Source: Antedon mediterranea
Lineage: Eukaryota; Animalia; Echinodermata
Assembly: GCF_964355755.1 (NCBI RefSeq)
Contig: NC_092674.1
Span: forward strand, 26,722,001-26,786,000
Reading direction: 5' to 3'
Length of the DNA: 64,000 nucleotides
Part shown: piece by piece, positions 40,401-53,243 of the stretch
Position numbering within the stretch: the first letter of the stretch is position 1
Layout of the letters: each line of letters starts with the position of its first letter
The notes under the pieces: model-generated
What the model saw: the letters and a program-made list of their open reading frames with translations, nothing else
Told to the model about the DNA's origin: nothing
The model's database searches: none
Program-made: the position numbers and the translations under genes

Positions 40401-42085
40401 TACTGGCTAATTCTGTTTTTTAAGTAGAATGAAGATGAGCTTTTTCTAAGCTCTGTCTACACTATCATCATGCATGTGACAAAAAAATGTGATGTGCCCA
40501 TATATGCCCATGATGTTATAACACTACCATATGTGGGTATATCACACTTTTTTGTCAAACTAGTGTGATAGTGTAGACAGAGCTTTAGGATTGCCAATGG
40601 TACTTGGATTATTTCTTGCTTATTAAATGGAACAAGAGAAAACTAGGCTGGCAGACTTCGCATGAAAGGAGTCGTATCAGAAGTAATAAACATCTTTGGG
40701 ACACCCCTATTAAGTCAACACTGAAATGAATATGTTTTGGTTTTTATATATTTAAATTGCCAAGGACAACCATAAGCGAATTCATGCATTCATTATCCTT
40801 AAAGTGGCAATCCATATACACAAGATGCTCTATATAAACAAAGTCTTATTACACGTCTTTGGGAGTAGAGTTGTAATGTGTCATTAAAATAAGTCCTGAC
40901 ATATAACAGGACTTGAACCCAGGACCTTTGGATTGGTAGCCAAGCATCATAACCACCAAGCCACAACTTCACACCGTTTTAATACTATGGCCAACCCCAT
41001 TCCGGGAACACCCCATATTTACTGGCCATGGACACTTTGTTGGCTGCCCACCAAACAATTTATAAAACTGACTGATTGACCTGCTAAATGTACTTTTCTT
41101 GATATTGAATAATAATTATTAAAATTGGGTTTATAAATCTTGTTTATATTATTTCAGAACCTGAAGTTGAAGAAGTAGTAGAAGAGGTTCCATGCAAAGA
41201 AGTTGAGATATTAAGCTTTGAGTTTTCAGCTAAAACCAATAATGATAGTGAAAACAATTGTTCAAAGGTAAATTCTTAAATCTTGCATTTAAAGATAGCC
41301 TTGTTATTGTAGAAGTATGTGGTTTTGTTTGATTGTCAAACTTCTGCCTTAATTGAAATTTTATTTTTACCACAGGCAACCAGAAGTATGCAAATAGAGG
41401 TTCTGCCTAATAAAATCTCAAAAACAAACTTCATCAAAGAAGGGTAAGAAAGATAGAAAATATATAATATACAAATAATGAATTTTTGTGAGTGTAATGG
41501 TACAAATAATGGCATGAGGTGAATGATGAAAGGTTATATTTCAACGAAGCGAAGTCAAGTTGATAAATAACCTTTCTTCATTCAACCAATGACTACTATG
41601 AAAAGAAAACATATCAATATTTTTGTTTTTGCAGATGGAGAAGGGTGTCCAATTCTGAAGATACAAAATCTGACATTGAGAGTGAAGTATTCGAAAGTGG
41701 AGAATTTAAATTGACACCAATTGAACCTCAGGTAAAACCTTTTATGACTAAGACTGGCACATAAGTCAAGATTGTTAGAAAGTTTTTAAGTGAAAAACTG
41801 AGGCTTTATATATCAAACCAGTTATTATGGAATAGACAAATATGTGCCAAAATATTTATCTATTTACTAATATTAAATCAAAACTCTGTCTAGAACATAG
41901 ACTACCCTTTATACACAGTATATATGTATGTTTTTTAAATAATAATTCTTCATACTTTTTTATATTTTTAGGAAAGCTCTTTCAGCATTGACAATGAGAA
42001 GTTTGATGCACATCCAATTCATGTTAAAATTCTTCCAAACAAGTTAAGATTTTTTATCAATGAAGAAAAATTTAAAATAAGGTGA
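37480..42085 (+). CDS. AGK: Acylglycerol kinase (mitochondrial, DAGK family), multi-exon
   Basis: N-terminus KTLRNNWKKTT, then [60 protein letters not shown], and FSIDNEKFDAHPIHVKILPNKLRFF; stop TGA 42083-42085. Confidence 0.94.
38203..38540. mobile_element. 338-bp TIR element inserted in an AGK splice donor
   Basis: About 50-bp TIRs tgcacttgtcaattgtatgacccactatacgacccccgggagaggtg; TAA TSD at 38200-38202 and 38541-38543. Confidence 0.85.
39100..39450. repeat. 21-bp minisatellite (ctttaaggtcctgccacccag)n in an AGK intron
   Basis: Directly visible. Confidence 0.85.
40449..40584. mobile_element. MITE family A copy
   Basis: Intact TIRs. Confidence 0.8.
40750..40965 (-). mobile_element. tRNA-derived SINE fragment
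   Basis: Minus strand has A-box TGGCTTGGTGG and B-box GGTTCAAGTCC, followed by a non-tRNA body. Confidence 0.55.
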
Positions 42086-42891
42086 CCAGAAAAGTAGAAA
42101 TACATTTAATGGAAGAATGTCTGCAGCAAAACCACTGGCACAGAGGTTGATGGTTGTTAATTTATTTACTATCTGCTGAAGAGGTTTTATGTATAGCAAA
42201 AAGCTATATAATGGGTATTAATAGTGTAACAGTGTAATTTATCTTTTACACATATACCTAATACCTGCCTACCAGTTCTATTACATATTATTATAAATAA
42301 TAATATTGTCCCCCAAAACATAAGAATTGAAGATAATAAAATCAGACTTTGAATAGGCCATTTTACATTTTTAATACTTATTCAATTCCTTAGAGGAAAA
42401 AAATATTATTTCACTTAAAAAACCCTAAATAAACCGTTAAATTTAACCAAAAACCCTGACGGACAATTTTACTATTTTTTTGCTTTTTTTTCGGGTAAAT
42501 AATTTTTTTTTAAATCCTATTTTTTATGAATAACTATTATGTAAGATTAAAATGGCATATTAAAAAAGATTAGAGTATTTTTTCAGTGGGACAATGATTT
42601 ATAAATCAATCAATTTTATGATACTTTGTGTTTTGGTTTCCATCAATACCATATTTAGGTTCACGAACCCATAAAAAAAATATTAAACTTGTTAACAGTT
42701 TTCTATCTGTGTACTCAATTCTTGTTACCTTTATGTACACAACGTTATACAAATTAAGTACCCACATTTTTCTCCGTTCTCAAGCTCTGCGTCCCTTCTA
42801 TGGCTTGTACCAAAATTAGTCGTTAAAATTGACACAGTAAAATATTACGATTCAATTAACGGTATAAAAATAATGCACTCCTCTATACCTC

Positions 42892-43257
42892 ATGCAGACA
42901 AAAAGAAACACGATGTTGTTTGGTGTTGTTTTTGCAATTGTTCTTGTCGCTCCATTGGTGGCTAGAACTGTACATTCCCCATCGAAAAGTATAGACCAGG
43001 CCCCTGGACTGTTGATTGAAATAAACCCGTTGAAATCCGATCAGCTTAACGCTTATTATAACGGAATCCACGTGATAGAACACAGTAAAAAGACGCAATT
43101 CGTGTACGTGGGATCGGGAAAGACCAAGTACAAATCGCATTATGGTAATTTTGAAATTGACGATTATTTGGAAGAGCGATTTGGCTTGAATCATGTAGAT
43201 GTTGTTGAGCAAAATCAGAAGACGGTGGTTATGCGGTTCGGTAGACACGCATTATCG
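42892..43257 (+). CDS. Upstream paralogous first exon (1a) of the YihQ-like gene: signal peptide plus N-terminal domain
   Basis: Open frame with a hydrophobic leader; YYNGIHVIEHS..FVYVGSG...YGNFEIDDY.EER parallels exon 1b; same phase-0 donor context TCG|gtaggtatg. Confidence 0.7.
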
Positions 43258-43435
43258 GTAGGTATGCGAAAATATATATTTTAATTATTTCTTTAACTGC
43301 CGCGCGGGATGGGTGCGCATCTCTAAATCGCACCGCCCGATGCGGTAATTTTTGTATAGTTTCACTTTAGGCCTATTTCAGGTTTCGGGTATCTCTGAAT
43401 ATTGACGCGTTTTTATACATAAAAATATACTGTAA

Positions 43436-43585
43436 TGCTTGGTTCGCACGAGAGACGCGACACAGTTAACGTAACGGATTTGACCATCCCAAGCGATGGA
43501 TTTATTCGACTGTCGCTTTTGTCATTGGTCAACTCTTTTGCGTTGCATCTACGTCCTTACGTTGCGTCCTAGTGGGAACTAAGCT
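43436..43585. mobile_element. MITE family B copy between YihQ-like exons 1a and 1b
   Basis: gcttggttcgcac...tagtgggaactaagct. Confidence 0.7.
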
Positions 43586-44001
43586 TATGCTAAAGTAAAA
43601 TGTTGAAGCATATTCATAAAACGGGGTCTTGAATTACATATCTAAATTATGAAAGACGGACAAATACAGATTTCTACATATTTACTATATATAACGCTTT
43701 GCTTACGTTCCTCAATGAATCTAACGTTTCTGATTGTATAGTGCATGCATCAACGATTTAGTACAGTACAAAGTATTATTTAATCCGCACTCAATATTGA
43801 AATTATTATTGACTAAGTCTGATAAAAAGACCGTATACCCACCAAATGTACCGGTATTCTACACGATAGATTGATTATTATAGTACTTTATTTGAGAGGT
43901 AGTATGCCTATCCGAACGTTATGGTTGTAGGTTCTGTCACATTCAAGAGCCTTAGATTTACCTGATCTGTTTCGAGGGATTAGGCCTATTAAGATTTCAC
44001 C

Positions 44002-47000
44002 ATGAAACTAAATCAGGTTTTTATACTGCTAGCGGTTGTAACCTCTGCAACAGCCAGTGTTATTTTAGCAGAGACACCGCTACGATACACGTTTAACGAA
44101 AATAAACTCGATATTCATTTTAATGGAATCCACGTTATACAACATAATTCTGATTCCCACTTTGTGTATGTTGGGTCTGCAAAACCTAACATTACATCGA
44201 CTCATGGAAACTTTGATATAGAAGATTACGTTATTGAACGTGTTGGGTTGAGGAGTGTAGATCTCGTACAGGAAGCCAAAGGAAACGTAGTTTTTATCTT
44301 TAAAAAGGACAGTTTGTCGGTAGGTATGGTTGAAGTTTTAGAGCATTGAATAATTGCTATGTTGTCGAAATTAGATAAAGATCATGTTCCGTTGAACATG
44401 ATGAATAGTTGCATCTTTCTCTACGAAAATGTTATTACTGTATAAAGGCCAACTCAGACAGCATCATACGACGAGACCCGACGAAACCTCTTAGATTCGT
44501 CGGTGCTGTCTGAGTTGAATCCGGTCTTGAGATAGCGTCGGGCGTAGTTTTTAGGTCGTCGGGAGAACTTTAAACATGTTTAATTTCCTTTCGACGATCG
44601 AGGCCTCGTCGTACGACGATGTTTGTGTGTAATACTTTTAAAGGGAGTTTCTCGCAAGTTTATTCGGTCATTCCGTGTTTTTAAACACCGCAACCCGGTC
44701 CCAAGACGTTCTGTTCCACTGATGCACCACGTACCAGAGTTATAATACAGTACTGATTTTGTATTTCATTCCACAGCTACAAGTGACATTGACTGTTGAA
44801 GATGATGTGCTTACGGTTGCATTTGGACAGCTGCCTCCAGGAATGAATCGCCTCTGGTTCAGGATCAAAGCAGATGGCGAAGAAAAGGTGTATGGTGCAG
44901 GGGAACAATTCTCGTACTTCAACATGAGAGGCAAGAATTTCCCAATATGGACACGTGAGCAAGTAGGTTAAGTGGGCTTGTTGTCTCAAAAGATGGCAAT
45001 TTGTTATTGATTCTGCAACCCTCAACTATGGTATTACGCGTTCTTTTTGCCAATTGCCTTCTTTTGTTATCGCCCCAACGAACCTAATATTTAACAGTAC
45101 TGAGAGTTTGCATGCCGTCCGGTTTTTTTTATGATATGTCTTGCTTGGTTCCACTTAGGACGCAAAAACGTGTCAACAATATCTCAAAATGGTTTATAAT
45201 GCGTTTTTGCAATCCAGGTCATAGGACGCAACGCAAATAATTTACGTTACGTTGCGTCCTAGTGGGAATCAAGCTTTATGTGTGTTGTTTTCAATTCTTG
45301 CTTGTCATTATTGATAATTAATTCTTAAAATAATGTTTAAATTTACATTTCTAGGGTGTTGGCCGCAACAAGTCCACATACGCAACATTTCAAGCTGATA
45401 ATAATGATGGCGGAGGTGGCGACTACCACACAACATATTGGGCGCAACCGACGTTCGTGTCATCCAAGAAATATTTCTTCCACTCTACAGCATCAAGCTA
45501 CGTTGAGCTAGATTTCAAACGAAAAGAATTTCACGAGATAATGATATGGAATACGAACCCTGGAGAAGTGAAAATTGGAACAGCAAAGTCGTTTGCTGGT
45601 TTGGTATCAAAGCTAACTGGGATAATTGGCAGACAACCGATGTTGCCAGACTGGATGCATACGGGTTCTATTTTAGGAGTGCAAGGTGGTACGGCGTCTA
45701 TGCTGAAATACCTGAAGCAGGCACAGGTATAAAATGTCAATAACTTAATTGTTTGTTGTCTATGGTGTCGCATACATGTATATATCCTAATTCCCCCGAA
45801 CGTAAAATCTCGGATTATTATTGTTTTTAACGTAAAACTGAGATAGTTCTGGTTCTCAATCCAATAACGAAAACGGTCTATGATTCATTTGAATTATACA
45901 ATCTTTGTTTTCAATCTGTATGATAATTACTAATTTCGTTTTTACTAGGATCAAGGGGTTTCTGTGAACGGTCTGTGGATACAGGATTGGGTCGGTCGCA
46001 TACGAACCAGTTTCGGTAGGCGTCTTTTCTGGAATTGGAAATGGGACGAAAAACAATACCCGAACCTTCCTAATGAAATTCTTAAATTAAAGGAAAAGGG
46101 AGTGGCCGTTCTTGGGTATATTAATCCAAATTTGAACGTTGAAGGCGATTTGTTCAAGGAAGGCAACCAGTATGGCTACTTCGTAAAGAACTCTTCGGGT
46201 GATACTTATATAACAGATTTCGGAGAGTTCTTCTGTGGAACTATAGATCTTACGAATCCAGATGCGTATACTTGGTACAAAGACGAGGTGATAAAGAAGA
46301 ACATGATCGATTTGGGACTATCTGGATGGATGGCAGATTTTGGAGAGTACCTACCGACGGATTCTGTCTTTTTTAATGGTCAGAGTGGACTCGTTATGCA
46401 TAACATCTGGCCTGCTCTCTGGGCAAAGATTAATTTTGAAGCAGTTAGTGAAGCGGGTAAACTTGGTGAAGTGATGTACTGGATGAGAGCTGGTTATACC
46501 GGGTCGCAGAAGTATAACACTCTCACCTGGGCTGGTGACCAACTGGTGGACTGGAGTCTTGATGATGGTCTCGCTTCAGTTATTCCTGCAGCATTATCGC
46601 TAGGACTCTCAGGACATGGATTACATCATTTTGATATCGGTGGTTACACCTCCTTATTTGGAATTACGCGTACGGAGGAACTACTACTCCGGTACGCAGA
46701 GTTCGCTGCGTTCACACCGGTGATGCGTACGCATGAAGGAAACCGCCCGTCTCAAAATTGGCAGGTTTACTCGTGTAACCACACCCTTCAAGCGTTTGCG
46801 CGTCTTACAAAGATTTTCGTATTGTTATCAAACTACACAAGAGAGTTGGTGAAAGAAAATAGCGAAAGTGGTATTCCAACCCAGAGACCACTCTTCATGC
46901 ATTACGAAAACTGCTCGAAGTGTTACGATATTAAATACCAGTACATGTATGGGCCAGATCTGTTAGTAGCACCCGTGTTCGAACCTGATCGAGAAACCTG

Positions 47001-47199
47001 GACATTGTTTCTTCCTGAAGATCAATGGATCTTTTTATGGGATGGGAAATTGTACCAAGGAGGTAAGACTTACCAGGTTGACGCGTTGATGGGAAACACC
47101 CCAGTTTTCTACAGACAACATTCTAAATGGGCGTCTGTTTTTAAGAAAATTGGTTTACTAAAAAACACAAGAAGTAAACAAGTTCATGAAGAGTTGTAA
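44002..47199 (+). CDS. Sulfoquinovosidase-like GH31 glycosidase (YihQ/SQase); exons 44002-44319, 44777-44962, 45355-45726, 45949-47199
   Basis: Spliced product has YGAGEQFSYFNMRGK.FPIWTREQGVGRNK, GGDYH, GVQGG, QDWVG..TSFGRRLFWNWKW, nucleophile motif GWMADFGEYLP, acid/base WAGDQ.VDWSLDDGLASV, DIGGYT and MRTHEGNRP. All are collinear with E. coli YihQ as recalled. The protein ends HEEL*. Confidence 0.9.
44446..44632. mobile_element. MITE family C (TIR AGGCCAACTCAG), degenerate
   Basis: Interior shared with 48770-48906. Confidence 0.6.
45143..45275. mobile_element. MITE family B copy
   Basis: gcttggttccac...tagtgggaatcaagct. Confidence 0.65.
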
Positions 47200-48769
47200 G
47201 CATAAGGTATCTTTGTGCTGAAATATAATATAATGATCAATAAAGTTGATTGACGGTTCAATGTCTTCCGTGTCTTTCTTGCTTGTTAATATACAGTCCT
47301 AATGCGGTTCTCTGTTATCATTTTTTTTTAAATTCACATCCAACGCATCTCAATCTCACTAGGCCTATACACTATACATCAATTGACCATTTTCGCTCAT
47401 TACCTGAGGTGACAATTTAAATTGTTGTATTGGACGCACACTGCAGTGATAACCTTCTACAGACGAAATAATCTGCACACATACTCAATGCTGTACATAT
47501 ATAATTACAATTATTTGTTTACCTGTACTGTATAAGAAGAGTTGATTATATCCGTAAGATGTCCGAATATAATTATTTCTGTGTCATAACTGTAATGTTG
47601 ACATTAGTACCGTCGATACAAATATCTATGTTTAGCATCGTGTCCCAAATTGCGCCCCGTACTCTTCCACTTTGAAGAATTTCAACAGCGCCCCATAAAT
47701 AAGTTCTGTAATGGGCTTTTTTACGGTCGACAATGACAAAGGAAAACATCCGATGTTATTGTAATAAATAACCAAAATATACAATTTTAAATTGAAAAAG
47801 TGCTTTTATAGGACGATCATTTTGATTTTAGATAAGTATATTGTAAGTAGGTGTGTACAATACTGATTATTTTTATATGTTTGCATGTTTTATTGGTTGT
47901 TAATGCTAGGCTTATGTGTATTCGGTTGAGAACGTAATTATCGATACTTTGTTGGCGGAGAGGAACGATATCTAGGGGGAAGTATCGACAAAACAAACAA
48001 TCAAGAATCTAACCACTTGAGTTGAGAGGCCTAGCTGATATGGGTCATACTAATCTTCGCCCGGTAGTGTTTTATGATATAAAATGTTATCAAGTACATG
48101 CTAACATAATATTTAATGCTATTGTGATATTCAATTAATTTTTTATACATTTTTTAATTTAAAAAAACTGTCAAAATACTGATATTTTTCAAAATTGAAG
48201 ACCGCCCTGTGTGTGATAAGATAAGTGATGTTTTGTTGTTGACGCGTTGTGACGAATGAAAAGTTCAAAAATATTTTAACCTGACTTGCATTATACATTA
48301 TGATTATTTGCTATCACAATACACAAACAATTTTAAAAATGTAGATTCAATGTCACTTGGACCTAGAATCGACCAATTTGCGTCTGAAAACAGTTGACAA
48401 AAATTGCTCAAAACACAGCTCACTGTATATGGATAGCTAAGTATCATAATGAAATCAAAAGCTTCCTAATGTTATGTGTAGTTATGATGGTAACCATGCC
48501 CATCCCCAGTTTTTATAATCAATAATTAATCAAATATTTACATACATTTAATTTGAAAATTAACTGTTGCATCCCTGGCAAAAATCGTGATAAGAGGGAT
48601 TAGCCTCTCGCAGAAATTTGTAGACAAAATTAGAAAGTAGTGACTTACCAGGGCTGTTGCCAGCATGAGGCAGATGAGGTGCTCGCTTCGGATGAAATTT
48701 TCCCCAGCATAGATCATCATATTTATATTAATAATTTTGGGTTTCGCCGCTTTTTTTTATCACAAACTC

Positions 48770-48906
48770 TGTGAGTTGAATCCCGATCAAACAAGTCGTC
48801 TTGAGTTAGCGTCGGGCGTAGTATTTAGGTTGTCGCGAGAACTTTGAACATGTTTAATTTTCTCCGAACGAGATGGCTCGTCGTACGACGCTGGCTGAGT
48901 TGGCCT
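48770..48906. mobile_element. MITE family C right half
   Basis: Ends ctgagttggcct-tta; matches 44510-44620. Confidence 0.6.
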
Positions 48907-50100
48907 TTACAAAACCCATTTCCAACTAAATGTATTTGCTCCATTGCATGTTATTACAAGTTATTTACCTTTAGTAAATGGAATTGTCTGTTAAAAACTA
49001 ATTCACAACTTCATTTCATGGTAGATGCACATAATATTTTATTAATTATGTGCTATTTATATTTTCTCAAATCAATTTTTTACGTTAGATGTATGATAGA
49101 TTAAAAGCATATGTAATTGGTAATACTTGGCATGTACTGCAGATAGGCTTCACTGCAAACTGTTTTATTAATTGACAATGAGACTTGATAGTTATACATT
49201 GTACTGTATATTTAGACACGCCTTGAGAGATAATCCATTGAGTTGAGCCTACTGTACCAAATGAAAATGGCATCATTCACTAAAAGGAAATGCTATACTG
49301 TATAATTACCAAATTGGTTAAAACTATTTAAAAATACCTGCTAATGTCTGAAATGTACCTTTTGGTCTTGCAACTTTTAAATCATTTTTTTAGAAATATA
49401 AAAAAATAGATAACAATTTCTCATGTTTCAAAATGCTTTATATTCATAAATAAGATCTGTGCTAATTTATGCTAAAAGAATTTACAGATAGTTACACAAG
49501 TATACATTTGTTAAAAGTACAACTTTTTTTAAAAGCACAATTCAAACTCCAGATAATATTTCAACCTTTGCCATTAAAAAAAAAAGTTTATTATATAACA
49601 GGAAAAATTCCATATTTTATTTTTTTACCCCCAGATGAAAATGGAAGAATCTAAAAGAAATCCCAAAACTGTTTTGTTTTCTCTGCCTCAGTTAACATGT
49701 TACACGGCAAAGAGAAAAACAAGGTTTTCAAAGGCTTCACCCGTCGATTTATACACATGGGTTGTGTACTTCTAAGGTAAAAATTAGTTTTTTAATTATT
49801 TTATTTTAACAGGAAAAGACAGTACTTCACAGATGCCCACAACACAGTTTTTATTTTCGCTGTATATAGATAATTCTTAACATAAGATTACTTCATTTAT
49901 TCAGGGTTGTTTTAATGTTTTGGTCAGAAGCCTATTTGACTAATTTACTAATACAGTAATACTGTATATAGTATAGACTATATTTCAACTATCCCATACA
50001 GATAGTACAGGTATGTCATTATTCCTGACTGAGTGAGAATTTTACAAAAGTACTGTACGTGCTTATAATGCTATTTTCTAGACACAGGTCATGAGTGTAA

Positions 50101-50262
50101 AGCTTTGTCTACACTACTGTACAGTATATCAAACGTTACAGGTATGTGACAAAAAATTGTTATGTCACCACATATAGACATGATGATGTCAAAACACTAC
50201 CAACCATATTTGGGCACATCACACTTTTTTTGTCAAATTAGTTTGATAGTGTAAACAGAGCT
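50101..50262. mobile_element. MITE family A copy
   Basis: Same TIR and core. Confidence 0.75.
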
Positions 50263-52009
50263 TTAGACTAAAATTGTATACAGTAGTACTGTACATACAG
50301 TAGGTAACGTTAATACAATAGGTAATAATGTTTGATTTTTATTTATTTTGGTATCATAATTTTAGTATCTATATTTTAATGTAAAACGGTCTTAACAATG
50401 ACATAATTTAAATGTTAGATTTTTAGCCATCATTCAATGAAATGTCTTGCATAAATAATATGTGAAATGACTAGCTATCCCCTTTCTCATAGCCTAGCAA
50501 ACCTTTACTTTACACACATACAGGGATTAAGATCATACTAAACACATAGGTTGACGCCCCAGTGTGTACACTATACAGTAAGTTCTGGAGTTTTGCTAGA
50601 CGATGTGACTTGCCTGATGTGTAAACCTTTTGTTTATTTTTCAATTTCAAAAATTAATATTTTGTTGAAATTGAAGGAAAATAAACTTAAGTAAGTAGAT
50701 TTATTGTTTATTTTGTTTATTTTATTTATTGTTTTATTTATTATGATTTATTTATTATTATTTTTTTACAGCAGGTGTAATTTTGTTACTAGGCCTACTT
50801 GTTTATGAATGTTGTTGTTACATTTTGGCTCAGATACAAAAAATAGTAAGGGTTTGTTGTTGGAAATATATCAAACTTTAAAGCCAGGGGAATACTACAC
50901 TAACCCCAAGGTTCAACTTAACAACTCTGTCGTCAGACTTTAATTCAATCAAAAAATCATATTTTATTTTATTGCAACCATATGGTTGATGAAAGGAAAT
51001 GAAAGCTATAACTGTTTACATTTCCCCAAAAAAAATCTTAATAGCAATATTCTTTTCTAGGAACACACAACATGAAAATATGTAATAATAAACTAGCAGA
51101 TGTTTGGTATATTTGAATGGACAACAATATTTCATACTGGCTCTAGTTCACCCTCTACAATATAAAAAGGTTCACCCTTAAATTTTCTCATATAGTATAC
51201 AACTGATATTAATTAACTTCACCATTAATTTGGACTAGTATAATAATACAGTTCATTATTTAACCTTTAAAGATCATGAAAAATGAAGATTAATAAAAAA
51301 ATACTTTGAATGTGCCATTTCGCAGTTTTGATAAATGTCATAACTTCCATAAAAAAAATTAAAAAGTAATATTTTTACTTATTTTTAAAATAACAAAATA
51401 TACGGTTAAATTCAACGAAAAACCCATTGACAGTTTTTTTGTGTTATTTAAAGTTTTTTTAGGTAAATCATTTTCTTTTTATCCAATTTTGGGTCAAAGT
51501 GTTATGTGTCATTAAAATAAATGGCATACTAAAAAAAACATTTTTCAAAATAATTTTTTTCTGGGTGACAATATAACTTTAATAATAGGACCTACTCAAA
51601 TGCAAATTATCATCTCTTTATAAAGAAATATTATTTATTAAATTTATTCAAAAGCCCAAAAATCAAAAAATGTTAAAAATTGATTTCTCTATGGTTATTT
51701 GTGCTGCAATATTTTAGAGATGTTTTTTGACAGAATTTCATCAGGTTTGAAGGTCGTAAGGCGTTGGTGTTTGATTGTCAATAGGTTTTAAATCACACCT
51801 ATTGGCTATCTATTGCACGCAGTTGTTAGTTTATGAATCTTTTATACAGTAATTGCTTTTCCGTTTCACACTTCTCTTATCCTCTTGCTTCAGCGTTGTA
51901 ATAACATTTATTTTATTTACTGTTGTATTAAGTTTGGGATATGAGATTTATTGTGTGAATAGAGGTTGTTCTGGTTGGCTGTTTAGAAGAAAACATGCTT
52001 TCACACTAA

Positions 52010-52188
52010 AGCTTGGTTCCCACTAGAACGTAACGCAAGGACGTAAACGCAATACAAGCGTTTTAACCAATGACAAGCGAAGTTATAGACAGTTAGCAAT
52101 CACAAGCGAATAAGCCATCGCTTGTGATTGGTCAATTCGCTTGCGTTGCGTTTACGTCCTTGCGTTACGTTCTAGTGGGAACCACGCT
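52010..52188. mobile_element. MITE family B copy, well conserved
   Basis: Long TIRs with TAA...TAA TSD. Confidence 0.85.
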
Positions 52189-52255
52189 TAATCTTCAACT
52201 TTAAATGAAAGAGAATGTACTTCAATCAATGACACTGACACAGTAGACTGTCTTT

Positions 52256-52421
52256 AACTGTCTACAATATATCAAACTAGTTTGACAAAAAAATGTGTGA
52301 TGTGCCCAAATATGGTAGTGGTATGCCCAAATATAATAGTGATATGACATCATACAATACATCCATATATGGCTACATCACATTTTTTTGTCACATAAAG
52401 TTTGATAGTATAGACAAGGCT
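52256..52421. mobile_element. MITE family A copy
   Basis: Same core. Confidence 0.75.
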
Positions 52422-53046
52422 TAAGGTTACTGTACCTACAACAGTTACAGTGGGTTTATACTCGACCAATGCTACAGTCAGTACATCACTGGTTAAGATA
52501 ATACAAGACCCAATAAAGATGAAAAATACTTGACACACTATTCACTTTTATCATTGGCCAAATAGAGTTTCTCTCTTTGTAAAATTGATATACACTGTAC
52601 AATAGCAATAACAGTGTACACATATCCAGGAATAATTACACATATGCCATAAATACTGTACTATTATCACTAGCATTTTCCATTCTTTATATTTGCAACA
52701 ATTTTATTTTCCTGTTTGCATTAAATATTCTCCTAAAATAGCCTACAGGGGTAGTACAGGACAAATATATCAGTATACTGTACATATGAAAACTAGACAG
52801 AAGCAGATGGTTTATTGTTGTCTATTCCATTCTTGTCATTGAATGAGATAAAACATCATTGTAAGTTCAAATGCTATCAGAATGTATAGGGGGAACATTT
52901 CACATAAGCAAAGTCAACCTTTATAAGATCATTTTGGCTGTGACCTGTCTATACAGAGGATATAATCAGTCTTTTAACACAATACAATATTCATTTTATG
53001 GTTACTTCGCATGCAAGATCTTTACACAGCTTTACCTATCAAAACA

Positions 53047-53243
53047 AACTATTGTCTGTAAAAGGTTAGTTACTTTATTATCTGTCACTTGACGTAGGTC
53101 TTTTCTACACAGTTATACTTTTCTAAAAGGTAACCTGTTTTAAACTATTGTCTGTTGTAAGGTTAGTTACTTTATTGTCTGTCAGTGTTAGCACTTGACG
53201 TAGCTTTTCTACAAAGTAATACTTTGCTAAAAGGTAAACCTGT
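53047..53243. repeat. About 95-bp imperfect tandem duplication
   Basis: aaactattgtctgt...aaggttagttacttt...cacttgacgtag...ctaaaaggtaa..cctgt occurs twice. Confidence 0.8.

Noticed and set aside
40895-40965. tRNA gene
   Set aside because: A and B boxes are present but there is no convincing acceptor stem; better explained as a SINE head. The same applies to 59115-59160.
37480-47199. Functional lipid cluster (SQase releasing DAG, AGK phosphorylating it, acid ceramidase nearby)
   Set aside because: AGK is mitochondrial and ASAH1 lysosomal, and unrelated genes are interspersed. Adjacency alone is not evidence without conserved synteny or co-expression.
42892-47199. Bacterial contamination as the source of the YihQ-like sequence
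   Set aside because: It has spliceosomal introns, host MITE families within and around it, a signal peptide, and an AATAAA just after the stop.
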